A stretch of 64,000 nt of DNA from an uncultured Methanoregulaceae archaeon. GTDB taxonomy: Archaea; Halobacteriota; Methanomicrobia; Methanomicrobiales; Methanospirillaceae. Position numbers and translations under genes: made by a program. Shown in pieces: positions 23,715-34,067 of the stretch (within the stretch, counting starts at the first letter, position 1; each line of letters starts with the position of its first letter). Below the pieces are notes generated by a model. It was given only the letters and a program-made list of their open reading frames with translations, ran no database searches and had not been told where the DNA came from. The stretch lies in the NCBI GenBank assembly GCA_963705255.1, contig OY970061.1, positions 448,001-512,000 of the forward strand, in the 5' to 3' direction.

Positions 23715-24329
23715 TCAATAATCAAGAAAATTGTTTAGGACTGTAAGGCCGGTTTTTTGACTTTTCTCCGGGTGAAATTGGGTTGCAAAAATATTATCCA
23801 TTTCTATACTTGCAACAAATTCCCCGCCATAATTACAAGTTGCATTTATTATAGACCGGTTTTCGGGTTGAAAGATATAACTGTGAATAAAATAAACAAC
23901 CTCTGTATTTTTCATTCCCTTGTATAATTGGGCATTGGGTTTAATCTGGATATCATCCCATCCTATGTGGGGAATTTTGATCGAAGTATCTGTTGATTTC
24001 ATCTTTTCAACTGTACCTGGAATCCAGTTTAAGCCATCATAAACCCCGTTTTCCGTTCCTTTTGTCGCTAATAGTTGCATCCCTAGGCAAATACCGAGAA
24101 AAGGTACTTTGTTTGTTAATACTTCTCTTTTTAAAATATCAATCCATCCGATTTTCTTTAAATTATTCATACCGTCCGCAAATGCCCCGACACCGGGTAA
24201 TACAATCTTTTCAGCACTAATCAATTCCTCAGGATTTGAGACAATTTTTACCGGAGATCCTAATGCTTCAAATGCATTTGCAACAGAGCGAATATTTCCC
24301 ATATTATAATTGATTATATTGACAGTCAT
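23715..24329 (-). CDS. hisH: HisH-like glutamine amidotransferase paralog (WbuY-type)
   Basis: LPGVGAF, GICLGMQ, PHIGW, QFHPEKS. Confidence 0.9.
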   Translation of the reverse strand: MTVNIINYNMGNIRSVANAFEALGSPVKIVSNPEELISAEKIVLPGVGAFADGMNNLKKIGWIDILKREVLTNKVPFLGICLGMQLLATKGTENGVYDGLNWIPGTVEKMKSTDTSIKIPHIGWDDIQIKPNAQLYKGMKNTEVVYFIHSYIFQPENRSIINATCNYGGEFVASIEMDNIFATQFHPEKSQKTGLTVLNNFLDY

Positions 24330-24421
24330 ATGTCACACTAGTGTTTTTATTTAAGTGAATTAAAGGATTCCTCTTAGGGATATTTATTTTACTAAAAAAT
24401 AAGAAATTGTATTGAGTTATT

Positions 24422-25432
24422 ATGGTATTAAAAGAAAACGATATTCGCCCAAATCAGTTTGTTGAAGGTCAGCAGAAATATATAATATCAGATCGAGAAA
24501 GATTGTTAAAGTTTAAAAAAAATTTCATCTATGTTCCATGTCCTGCATGTGAATCAGATCAATATTTTTCATTATTCGAGAAAAATGGAATAAATTATGT
24601 TTCATGCTCGAAATGTGAAACATTTTATATAAATCCCCGCCCCACCCCAGAAATTCTTGAATTTTGCTATGCAAACTCTGAAGTTTATGCATATTGGAAT
24701 AAATATATATTCCCCCATTCAGAAAAATCCCGTCGCGAACAAATATTTCGTCCTAGAGCCAAAAAAATTGCAGAACTCTGTACTAATTTAGGAATTTCTA
24801 AAGGAACGTTAGTAGAAGTAGGGGCGGGATTTGGAATTTTTTGTGAGGAAATTAAGCGCCTTGGAATTTTTGATAGGGTTATTGCAGTTGAACCGACGTC
24901 TGATCTTGCCAAAACATGTCAAGAAAAGGGAATCGAAATCATCAATAATCCAATCGAAAAAGTAAATTTTGAAAATCAATCTATTGACGTTATAGTCAGT
25001 TATGAAGTGATAGAACATTTATTCTCTCCACAAAATTTTATAAAAAAATGTGCAGAATTTTTAAAACCTGGAGGGATATTGGTGTTAACCTGCCCCAATG
25101 GGAAAGGATTCGAAATATTAGCGTTACAGGAAAAAGCAGATACAATTGATCATGAACATTTGAATTATTTCAATACCTCATCAATTGCTATACTTGTCGA
25201 ACATCTGGGTTTTGAGATTATTGAACTATCAACCCCCGGTGTATTAGATGCTGACATCGTTCGTAATAAAATTATGAATGGAACCCTTGATATATCATCA
25301 GATCATTTTTTACAATTCATTTTTACTGAGAATTGGGAAAAAATAGGACAAAACTTTCAATTTTTTTTATCAAATAATAAAATGTCAACACACATGATGA
25401 TAATTGCAAGAAAATTAATTAAAACAATTTAA
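24422..25432 (+). CDS. class I SAM methyltransferase with N-terminal Zn ribbon
   Basis: CPAC...CSKC, VEVGAGFG, EVIEH, LKPGG. Confidence 0.82.
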   Translation: MVLKENDIRPNQFVEGQQKYIISDRERLLKFKKNFIYVPCPACESDQYFSLFEKNGINYVSCSKCETFYINPRPTPEILEFCYANSEVYAYWNKYIFPHSEKSRREQIFRPRAKKIAELCTNLGISKGTLVEVGAGFGIFCEEIKRLGIFDRVIAVEPTSDLAKTCQEKGIEIINNPIEKVNFENQSIDVIVSYEVIEHLFSPQNFIKKCAEFLKPGGILVLTCPNGKGFEILALQEKADTIDHEHLNYFNTSSIAILVEHLGFEIIELSTPGVLDADIVRNKIMNGTLDISSDHFLQFIFTENWEKIGQNFQFFLSNNKMSTHMMIIARKLIKTI

Positions 25433-25570
25433 ATCCTTTTAAAATTCTAGGTAGAAATGTATCTTTATTCCACTATGATTTTTATCAATAATGTTGATAT
25501 GATATGTATACATCATGTATGTAAGAATTTGTAAAACAATTTTTTCGTTAGATTAGTCGAGTGTATTTTC

Positions 25571-27028
25571 ATGAAGAAGGTGTTATTAGTCATTAATAAT
25601 GATGCATTCGGCCGTCAGATTAAACGATGGGCTCTACTATTAAAAAAACAGGGGGGATGGGAACCTATAATTTTTGTCACCCATGATTTTATTACCCCTG
25701 AAATGATGAACCCGCATTTAGAAGAATGTCGAATTAATGGAATAACCATTTTATCTTTTAATATACCTTCATCAGACTATCAATCAACGTCAATAAAACA
25801 ATCAGAATCCTCATATTTTACTATTTTTCCAAAATTGAAGGGATTATTAAGACAAATACCCGTTCTTTGTTTGATCCATCGAAAAATTTATCGGTATCTT
25901 TATTTTTTTACTAATACTATAAATTTAAAAAATGATTCGATAAAAAAGATATGGTTTATTAAAAATCAACTCCATCAAAATCAAATTGATGCATTGGTGA
26001 TTCCCGAAAGTGGGCCCGCATATGAGGCTCCTCTTTTTATTCACTCTGCCCATCTTCAAGGTATTCCGGTAATTACTGTTCCGACTGAAAAATTTGCAGC
26101 CTTTGATTATGCTGAATATTATTTAACCGAACCAACTTTAAATTTAAACAGTTTTTTAAACAAACTTGTCGGTCTACTTTTTCCTCGTTGGGTAATATCC
26201 CATAAAGGACATAAGATGCTGCGTGTTCGACCTGAATTACTAATCGCATTTGAATATTTAAAGATAAGTCCACCATACCCTTGGAAAATGATCGGCAATT
26301 CTGAGGATATTGTTGCAGTGGATAGCAAGGCCACTTACGATTTCTATCTAACTGAGGGTGTTTCACCATCACAGATGCAAATAATCGGAACATCAGAACA
26401 TGATTTGATGACAGAAATAATTCGGGATAGTGAGAAGAGAAGACGAGATCTGTACATTTCTTTGGGACTTCCAACCGATCGACCTCTTATATTATCCGCA
26501 TTAATCGCGAATCATTATTTATCTGGCCGTCCCCAATGCGATTTTAAAAAATATTCTGATATGATTCAGTTTTGGGTGCAATCTCTCGCTGCCGTTAAAG
26601 ATTATAATATTGTTATTAGTTTGCATCCATCCCATAAAATTGATGAAATAAGATATATAGAACAATGGGGAGTTAAAATTTGTCAGCAGGATATTACCTC
26701 ATTAATACCTCTTTGTGACATTTTTGTCGCCCTTTCATCAACAATTCCTTGGGCGATTGCTTGTAGCAAGCCAGTTGTAGTATATGATCCTTATCGTTAC
26801 AATTTTGACTCAACTATGTACAAAAATGTACCAGGAGTACTATATGTAAAAGAACAGCATGAGTTTATAGAAATACTGCGGCGTTTAACCGAGGATCCAG
26901 AATATTATAATGAAGTTGCTTTAAAACAGGCTGAATATGCTGAACAATGGGGACGATTGGACGGTAAAGCGGGAGAGCGTCTGGTTCAATTATTTGATCA
27001 AATAACTAAAAAACAAGATACACCGTGA
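25571..27028 (+). CDS. hypothetical GT-B-like glycan protein (candidate nonulosonate transferase)
   Basis: 485-aa ORF with ISLHP, SSTIPWAIACSKPVV and DGKAGERL motifs typical of capsule GT-B/glycerophosphotransferase-like proteins. Confidence 0.5.
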   Translation: MKKVLLVINNDAFGRQIKRWALLLKKQGGWEPIIFVTHDFITPEMMNPHLEECRINGITILSFNIPSSDYQSTSIKQSESSYFTIFPKLKGLLRQIPVLCLIHRKIYRYLYFFTNTINLKNDSIKKIWFIKNQLHQNQIDALVIPESGPAYEAPLFIHSAHLQGIPVITVPTEKFAAFDYAEYYLTEPTLNLNSFLNKLVGLLFPRWVISHKGHKMLRVRPELLIAFEYLKISPPYPWKMIGNSEDIVAVDSKATYDFYLTEGVSPSQMQIIGTSEHDLMTEIIRDSEKRRRDLYISLGLPTDRPLILSALIANHYLSGRPQCDFKKYSDMIQFWVQSLAAVKDYNIVISLHPSHKIDEIRYIEQWGVKICQQDITSLIPLCDIFVALSSTIPWAIACSKPVVVYDPYRYNFDSTMYKNVPGVLYVKEQHEFIEILRRLTEDPEYYNEVALKQAEYAEQWGRLDGKAGERLVQLFDQITKKQDTP

Positions 27029-27037
27029 ATACCAATC

Positions 27038-28366
27038 TTAATCATAATCTTCATTAAATGGTATAGTGTCTCCGTTCGGAAGATGCCAGACATAGGGGAC
27101 AATTATCGAATGGAAATGATTAAAGAAATTATCTGCTAATTCTCCTTTCATATTCAAATCTTTAGCCGTACCTTCAACATAAAAACTTCCGATCTCTATC
27201 GCAGGCATAAGATGGTGAATTCCCTTTTCATCGCGTATACTAAACCAGATTGAATATACTTGTGGTATTAATGGAATTTTCTTGAATATACAGGATATTA
27301 CCCCATGATTCTCAATATAATCCGGACGTGCACCATCAAATAGCATGTTGGCTCCAAACAGAATTCCTGATAGTCCAGACATATTAGTGATAACAATCCA
27401 AAAATAAGGTTTGGGAATTCTTTTTAAAGCACGAAAATGAATTTCAATATGCAAATCTTCGAAGGGCTTAAAAGTTGTCGTTATTTGACCCTCTTTGTTC
27501 TTAAAAAGTGCTTTTTCAATAACAATATCTGTATATCTTGAATCATTCTTCGAAGAAAAAAGGTCAGAATTTTTATTAATAGTATTCATATAATACGTCA
27601 CGATTTGTCTCGCATTTCCATCAGCAACAATACATCCATCATTTAATAATATTGCCCGAGAACAAAGATTTTTTATTGCGCCCATATTATGGCTGACAAA
27701 TAATACTGTTCTTCCTTCTTTTGCGATAGATCCCATTTTTCCTAGGCATTTTTTCTGGAACTGAATATCTCCAACTGCGAGCACCTCATCTACGATAAGT
27801 ATTTCCGGTTCCAGATGCGCCGCTACTGCAAACGCAAGCCGGACATACATCCCGCTCGATAACCGCTTTACGGGCGTATCTATGAACTTGTCAATCTCGG
27901 CAAACTTGACAATCTCATCAAATTTTTGTTCGATTTCCCTCTTGTGCATTCCCAGGATTGCGCCGTTCAGAAAAATATTCTCCCTGCCGGTAAGTTCCGG
28001 GTGAAAACCGGTTCCAACCTCAAGCAGGCTTGAAACCCGGCCCTTGATTTTAATGGTGCCGCTCGTTGGTGCAGTGACCCGCGATATAATCTTAAGCAGG
28101 GTTGACTTACCAGCGCCATTGCGACCAATGATACCAACAACTTCCCCCTGCCGGACATCAAATGAAATGTCCTTTAATGCACAAAACCTGTCGTTAGTTT
28201 TATTCAACTGCTCCCGGTTTACTGTACCTATCCTGGCGTTGGGATCTTCGGTTCCCCGGAATTTTGCCCATCCGCTTTGTAAATCCTGATATAATGTACC
28301 ATGGCTGATTGTGCCGAGGCGATATTCCTTGGAGAGGTTTTCTACACGAATCACGACATCGCTCAT
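27038..28366 (-). CDS. wzt: polysaccharide ABC exporter ATPase with C-terminal Wzt_C-like domain
   Basis: GRNGAGKST, LSSGMYVRLAF, IVDEVLAVGD, LFVSH. Confidence 0.92.
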   Translation of the reverse strand: MSDVVIRVENLSKEYRLGTISHGTLYQDLQSGWAKFRGTEDPNARIGTVNREQLNKTNDRFCALKDISFDVRQGEVVGIIGRNGAGKSTLLKIISRVTAPTSGTIKIKGRVSSLLEVGTGFHPELTGRENIFLNGAILGMHKREIEQKFDEIVKFAEIDKFIDTPVKRLSSGMYVRLAFAVAAHLEPEILIVDEVLAVGDIQFQKKCLGKMGSIAKEGRTVLFVSHNMGAIKNLCSRAILLNDGCIVADGNARQIVTYYMNTINKNSDLFSSKNDSRYTDIVIEKALFKNKEGQITTTFKPFEDLHIEIHFRALKRIPKPYFWIVITNMSGLSGILFGANMLFDGARPDYIENHGVISCIFKKIPLIPQVYSIWFSIRDEKGIHHLMPAIEIGSFYVEGTAKDLNMKGELADNFFNHFHSIIVPYVWHLPNGDTIPFNEDYD

Positions 28367-28383
28367 AGTATCAAATCTCTGCA

Positions 28384-29241
28384 TTAAATTGTATCCATAA
28401 AAGTTTTTTCTACATGGCTGAACAGCATTATTCCAATGATTAATATCAGAATGGTCATACCGAAACTAACTCCTAACATCCATGGTTGTATCGCTCCGGA
28501 ACCAAGAAATGCGTAACGGAACGTTTCGATAACAGCAGTCATTGGATTAAGAGCGAACAACCACTGCCATTTTACCGGAATCTGAGATAGTGGATAGACA
28601 ATGGGCGTTGCATACATCCAAAGTTGAACTCCGAATCCCAATGCCAATACCAGGTCCCGATATTTGGTAGTCATACTGGAGATCAGTATCCCTATGCCGA
28701 GTCCGAGTGCTGCCATCTGTACCAGCAATAGTGGCAGAAGTAAAATCCATACATTTGGCTGAATATTTGATCCATTCAGATAGTAATAGAGAATGAAAAC
28801 CAAAAATAAACCAAACTGAATTGCAAATGCTATAAGATTTGATATTACTATTGCAACGGGTACAACAAGCCGTGGAAAATATACCTTGCCAAATATGGCC
28901 GCATTGGTGATGAATGTATTAGAGGTCTGTGTCATGCAACTGGCAAAATACGTCCAGGCAACCGTACCTGCCATATAAAATAAAAATGGGGGTAAACCAT
29001 CGGTTGAAATATGAGCAATGTTGCTGAAGATCACGGTAAATACTATCGTCGAAAGCAATGGTTGTAAAAAAAACCATAACGGTCCAAGAACGGTTTGCTT
29101 ATAATACGCAACAAAATCCCGCCTTACAAAAAGGATAATCAAATCCCGGTATCGCCATAGTCCTGATAAATCAATGTCAAACCATCCGCTACGAGAACGA
29201 ATTTCCATGGTCCAGTTTGGATCGTCGTTAGTTGATTTCAT
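28384..29241 (-). CDS. wzm: polysaccharide ABC exporter permease
   Basis: YKQTVLGPLW, KVYFPR, YATPIVYP, LNPM; several hydrophobic segments. Confidence 0.92.
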   Translation of the reverse strand: MKSTNDDPNWTMEIRSRSGWFDIDLSGLWRYRDLIILFVRRDFVAYYKQTVLGPLWFFLQPLLSTIVFTVIFSNIAHISTDGLPPFLFYMAGTVAWTYFASCMTQTSNTFITNAAIFGKVYFPRLVVPVAIVISNLIAFAIQFGLFLVFILYYYLNGSNIQPNVWILLLPLLLVQMAALGLGIGILISSMTTKYRDLVLALGFGVQLWMYATPIVYPLSQIPVKWQWLFALNPMTAVIETFRYAFLGSGAIQPWMLGVSFGMTILILIIGIMLFSHVEKTFMDTI

Positions 29242-29275
29242 CCGTTTTCCTCTATTCCCCTCACAAGAAGTTACA

Positions 29276-29488
29276 TTAGTCGCTCGGTTTCATTATTGAT
29301 CGTGTAATCATATCATACTTCATAGCCGAGAACCCCTCATTCAAAAGAGCCCGAGGGTACATCGAGAATGGCGCCTTCAGGAAATTGGCCATAGCATCAC
29401 GAAGTGTCTGATATCCTTCCTGCCGTCCGCTTAGGGTGTATTTCTTGCCGAGTCCACGGACGCGGACGGCGGGGTGATCGGGTGACAT
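29276..29488 (-). pseudogene. truncated N-terminus of a second Wzt ATPase
   Basis: AVRVRGLGKKY...YQTLRD...EGFSAMK matches the Wzt start (compare VIRVENLSKEY...FCALKD in 27038-28366) and stops before Walker A. Confidence 0.7.
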
Positions 29489-29612
29489 GGAAAGGTTCCT
29501 TAGAGAAAATACATCGTTCAGGTACTATTTGTATTCGGGATAATTGAATCAAACGGTTGTGAGAAGTCAGATCAAATTGGATATACATTCAAAATAGTGT
29601 ATAATCTATTAA

Positions 29613-30956
29613 TTAGTGCGGGGGAGTATATTCCCCAGAATGCCGAATTTTCATTGAGATAAATTCGTCGAATTTATCCAGCACATATTTCATCATCTCA
29701 TCCGTCAATTTCGGGGACACTCCAATCCAGAACAGGTTATCCATCACGAGATCGGTGTTCACAAGAGCACCGGGTGCCCGGTACTTCATATCTGCATACG
29801 CCGGCTGCTTGAGAAGATTCCCTCCAAAGAGCATCCGGGTAGCGATCCTGTGCTCTTCCAGATATCTGACAATCCCGTCACGATTGAACGGGGCATCCTC
29901 CCTCACCATAATGGGAAACCCAAACCAGCTGGGATCCGAGTGCGGTGTTGCATGGGGAAGGATCAAATACTTCTCGTATCTTTTCAGTCCCTGAGACAGG
30001 ACTTTGAAATTCTCTCTTCTTCTCTCAATAAAATCTGGCAATTTCCTGAGCTGCTCGACACCGATTGCAGCCTGCATATCGGTAACCTTGAGATTGTACC
30101 CGATATGGGAATAGATGTACTTGTGATCGTATCCCTTAGGGAGATCTCCCAGCTGCCAGTCAAAGCGTTTCCCGCAGGAATTATCGCAGCCGGGATCGCA
30201 CCAGCAGTCCCGGCCCCAGTCGCGGAACGAGGCGATTATTTTCCTGAGCGAGGGATCGTCTGTGCATACGGCACCCCCTTCCCCCATGGTGATATGGTGT
30301 GCCGGATAGAAACTGAAAGTAGAGATGTGTCCGAAAGTCCCGGTGAATTTTCCCTTGTACCGGGAGCCGAGGGCATCGCAATTGTCTTCGATGAACCAGA
30401 GATCATATTTTTGCACCATGTCCATGATGGTGTCCAGATCCGCGGGATTCCCCAGCGTATGCGGGACCATGATCGCTTTTGTCTTGTCAGAAATTGCACC
30501 TTCGATGAGATCGGCCTGGATATTATACGTTCCCGGGTCCACATCCAGAAAGACCGGGACCAGATTATTCTGGAGGATGGGGTTGAGTGTCGTGGGGAAA
30601 CCGCAGGCCGTTGTAATGACTTCATCGCCGGGTTTCAATCTCTTTTCACCAAGCTTGGGGGAGGTGAGCGCAGAGGCGGCAAGAAGATTTGCGGAAGAGC
30701 CGGAATTTGTCAGGAGGCAATAGTTCACACCGAGAAATGCAGCCAGATCTTTTTCAAACCGATCTGCATAGCGTCCGGTGGTGAGCCAGAAATCGAGAGA
30801 CGCGTCAACAAGGCTGATAAGTTCTTTCTCATCGTAGACCCGGCCGGCATAAGGTACGGGGGACGTTCCGGGTATAAAAACTTCGGCTCTCTTTTTCAGG
30901 ATATGATATTCTTTCACCTTTTCAAAAATTTCTTTCCGCAGTTTTTCAGGGTCCAT
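29613..30956 (-). CDS. rfbH: CDP-4-keto-6-deoxyglucose 3-dehydrase (RfbH/DdhC)
   Basis: [22 protein letters not shown] (His in place of the PLP Lys), RDCWC Fe-S region, GYDHKY. Confidence 0.93.
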   Translation of the reverse strand: MDPEKLRKEIFEKVKEYHILKKRAEVFIPGTSPVPYAGRVYDEKELISLVDASLDFWLTTGRYADRFEKDLAAFLGVNYCLLTNSGSSANLLAASALTSPKLGEKRLKPGDEVITTACGFPTTLNPILQNNLVPVFLDVDPGTYNIQADLIEGAISDKTKAIMVPHTLGNPADLDTIMDMVQKYDLWFIEDNCDALGSRYKGKFTGTFGHISTFSFYPAHHITMGEGGAVCTDDPSLRKIIASFRDWGRDCWCDPGCDNSCGKRFDWQLGDLPKGYDHKYIYSHIGYNLKVTDMQAAIGVEQLRKLPDFIERRRENFKVLSQGLKRYEKYLILPHATPHSDPSWFGFPIMVREDAPFNRDGIVRYLEEHRIATRMLFGGNLLKQPAYADMKYRAPGALVNTDLVMDNLFWIGVSPKLTDEMMKYVLDKFDEFISMKIRHSGEYTPPH

Positions 30957-30963
30957 AGGTCAG

Positions 30964-31902
30964 TCACAACTCCTTGTTGGCGATTGGTTTAATCCTGCAG
31001 GATGCGGCGTATGCATCTTTTCGGATTGCATCGGGATCTATTCCGGGGAGTATTTTCTGGTAATATCTGATCAAATCTTTCAACGCTGATTTCATTGGGG
31101 TGAATGCCAGTCCCGGGATTTCTTCGCTCAATCGTCTGTTACTCCCGCTATATTCATAGTTCAACCCTTCATTCTCAACGATAATTTCAGACGTGAAATC
31201 TGAAATGGAATTAATGAGTTCCGAGATAGAAACAAGATCTATTGGATCGGGCGGGGTGATATTATATGAAGAATATTTGGGTTTATGGGTCAGGAAATAG
31301 TCGAGAATTTTCAAAAAATCTTCGATGAAAAGCCAGCTGAAGTATACGTTCTGTCGTATGGTGATTGGCATAGAGAGAAGGTTTTTCAGGATCGCATTTG
31401 ATATGAACTTGAATTCATAATCCTCGTATTTCCCGAATATCCCAAATAACCGGAGGCAATACATATTTTCTGTTTGTCCGATGTATTTTGAGATAAGATA
31501 TTTGGAAAAACCATGTTCTTCTGTAGGAATCCGGCTCCCGAATTCCCCTTCCGGTATCTTCCGGATATTCCGGCATTTATGGTATTCCCCCCCGGATCCC
31601 ATATGAATCAGGGTCTGGAACCGATCCTGGTTTTCTGCGAGATTGAAAAACATTCGCATATTCTTTTCAATTACCTCCCCGCATCCCGGTGTCTTTCTGG
31701 TTCCTCCGAAATTCGCGCAATGAATTACGCAGTCGATTTCATTTCGTAAGAAAAACGTTCGCACATCCTTCTGGGAAAAAAGGTTCAGATCTTTATGGGG
31801 CGGGGTAAGCAGGATATAATTATCCTTCAAATATTCGACAATGTTTTTTCCGATAAATCCGGTGGATCCGGTAATGAAAACCGTTTTCTTATCATTTTTC
31901 AT
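30964..31902 (-). CDS. NAD-dependent epimerase/dehydratase (extended SDR)
   Basis: ITGSTGFIG, LRLFGIFG. Confidence 0.8.
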   Translation of the reverse strand: MKNDKKTVFITGSTGFIGKNIVEYLKDNYILLTPPHKDLNLFSQKDVRTFFLRNEIDCVIHCANFGGTRKTPGCGEVIEKNMRMFFNLAENQDRFQTLIHMGSGGEYHKCRNIRKIPEGEFGSRIPTEEHGFSKYLISKYIGQTENMYCLRLFGIFGKYEDYEFKFISNAILKNLLSMPITIRQNVYFSWLFIEDFLKILDYFLTHKPKYSSYNITPPDPIDLVSISELINSISDFTSEIIVENEGLNYEYSGSNRRLSEEIPGLAFTPMKSALKDLIRYYQKILPGIDPDAIRKDAYAASCRIKPIANKEL

Positions 31903-31966
31903 CCGACATCACCCGATAACGTCGATTTAGTCCCCTCACCCGGATAACGACTGACCGATCGGACGC

Positions 31967-33034
31967 TCAATCTCCTTTCCGGGGCACCATCTGGTTCCAG
32001 AGGATGGTCCGTCTGATTGCCGTATCCAGGTCAAGGGTAATTTTTAATCCAAGTTTCTTTTCAGCTAACCCGATATCCGGTACGAATTTTGAACTTCTTA
32101 ATAATGTATCGCGGGATAATCCGGTAACAATCTGTGGGGATTTTGGAAATTGCCCGGAAATTTTCTGAGCAAGTTCCTGCAGGGTTACTGCTTCCGGACT
32201 CCCCACATTGTAATTCGCCCCGACAGAGCCCCGAACGAGTATGTTCAGCAGCCACCAGGCCATATCGCTGGGATACATATAACTGCGGACCGTCTGTCCG
32301 TCCCCGAGGATACGTATCGGCCCGCCAAGCAGACCATCCCGGATAAAATTATTGATCGCCCATGGTCGATCCAGGTACTGGTATGGCCCGATGAAAGCGA
32401 AAGGTCGTGCATTGACGAGGGGCAGTCTTTGCTGGTTCCGGTACACTGAACATATCGTCTCTGCCATCCTTTTGGACTCCGGATATGAAGCATTGAAAGC
32501 GCTGCAGTCGAGGCTCCCGATAAAGGTCTCGGGAATTCCCGGTATCTCCCAGGGCTGGGCTCCATATACCTGGCCGGAGCTGATGTTCAAAATCTTTTTC
32601 ACATCCGGGAGTCTGGCCGCATATTCAAGCACAGCACGTGTCCCGTTCACAATGACATCGATAGTCCTGAGCGGATCAGACGCATGGGTACGGCTGTCAG
32701 GATTGGCAGCGGCATGGATGATCCACGATATATTGCTGGGAATGTCCGTGAGATTCCGGATGTCCCGTTCGATCAAATCCACATCCCGGCGTGATGCGAT
32801 GTGGGGAACTCTGTCTTTAAAACTATGTGCTCTGCTCGATAACAGGGTAATATGGGTATTAAAATCAAAATTATCATTCAGATACATGATTATTTCCGAT
32901 AGCCAAGTCCCCATGAAACCCGTCCCGCCGGTTATCAGAATACGCTCATTTCTCAGGGGCTCCAGAAGGGATGCCTGGCCTGCAGTGACCCGTTTACAAT
33001 CTTCCTGGACAATCTCTTTCGGTGTCAGGCTCAT
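31967..33034 (-). CDS. NAD-dependent epimerase/dehydratase (extended SDR)
   Basis: ITGGTGFMG, YPESK, RSYMY. Confidence 0.82.
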   Translation of the reverse strand: MSLTPKEIVQEDCKRVTAGQASLLEPLRNERILITGGTGFMGTWLSEIIMYLNDNFDFNTHITLLSSRAHSFKDRVPHIASRRDVDLIERDIRNLTDIPSNISWIIHAAANPDSRTHASDPLRTIDVIVNGTRAVLEYAARLPDVKKILNISSGQVYGAQPWEIPGIPETFIGSLDCSAFNASYPESKRMAETICSVYRNQQRLPLVNARPFAFIGPYQYLDRPWAINNFIRDGLLGGPIRILGDGQTVRSYMYPSDMAWWLLNILVRGSVGANYNVGSPEAVTLQELAQKISGQFPKSPQIVTGLSRDTLLRSSKFVPDIGLAEKKLGLKITLDLDTAIRRTILWNQMVPRKGD

Positions 33035-34050
33035 GGTTTCTTCCCACCCCTTTTCGCAGAGAGCTCCGAAGCAACTTCAATGATCATGTCCTCCTGGCCT
33101 GCCACTACCTGGCGGCGACCGAGTTCAAAAAAAACATCCCGTGGATCGACATTATATTCCTTTGAAATTCTCTCTACCGGTTTGGAAAATGCAGAAAATA
33201 CCCCGGAAAGCCCACTGATAATACTTAAAGAACGAATTCTTGGGATCTCTTTCATCAGATCCGTTTCAGCAATCTCCGATGCATCGAGGATTTTATAAAG
33301 ATCAATTCCCGTGGAATATCCAAGTTTTTCCAAAACCGCGACCACTGCTTCTATCTGGGCATTCCCGGCACCGGCACCAAACCCCCGTGCAGAACCATCG
33401 ATGATCGTCGCTCCGGCCTGGGCAGCAGCGATTGAATTTGCGATTGCCAGTCCCAGATTATTATGGGCGTGAAAGCCGACAGGTATATTTAGACTGCTTA
33501 CAAGCAGCGAGATGCGTTCGCTGACCTCATCGGGCACATAAGCACCCGCCGAGTCAAATAGTATGACCCCTTCTGCGCCATACGATTCCATCTTTTGTGC
33601 TTCTTCAACCAGCGTCTCTTTTGATGCCATGTGGCTCATCATGAGAACCCCGTAGACCTCTTTTCCCCGGTCCCGTACGAAGTTGATATGACGCTGGGTG
33701 AGATCAGCTTCTGTGCAATGGGCAGCGACTCTGACTACATCCACTCCCAAGTCAAGAGCCCTTTTCAGATCTTTGTTGATAGTTGCAAATCCCGGGATAA
33801 CATGGATGGCAAGTTTGGACCGGGTCAGATTTTTCTTTGCTTCCCGCAGCATCGCTTCATCGTCGATTGCGCTTTCACCAACCTGCAACGAAGATGCACC
33901 AATACCATTTCCGTGACCTACCTCGACGGCAGGTATTCCCGCTGCATTTGCTGCGGATGCATATACGGCGATCTGGTGAGCGGTCATTTTATGGCTTATA
34001 GCGTGATTGCCATCTCTCAATGTTACATCGTGAATTAAAATTTTAGACAT
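33031..34050 (-). CDS. dmpG: 4-hydroxy-2-oxovalerate aldolase
   Basis: DVTLRDGNH, HCTEAD, GFHAHNNL, GQEDMI. Confidence 0.9.
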   Translation of the reverse strand: MSKILIHDVTLRDGNHAISHKMTAHQIAVYASAANAAGIPAVEVGHGNGIGASSLQVGESAIDDEAMLREAKKNLTRSKLAIHVIPGFATINKDLKRALDLGVDVVRVAAHCTEADLTQRHINFVRDRGKEVYGVLMMSHMASKETLVEEAQKMESYGAEGVILFDSAGAYVPDEVSERISLLVSSLNIPVGFHAHNNLGLAIANSIAAAQAGATIIDGSARGFGAGAGNAQIEAVVAVLEKLGYSTGIDLYKILDASEIAETDLMKEIPRIRSLSIISGLSGVFSAFSKPVERISKEYNVDPRDVFFELGRRQVVAGQEDMIIEVASELSAKRGGKKP

Positions 34051-34067
34051 GAAAATTCCTCCGGATA

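Noticed and set aside
22919-24329. hisF/hisH as histidine biosynthesis genes
   Set aside because: They are coupled to a sugar amidotransferase, and no other his genes are present.
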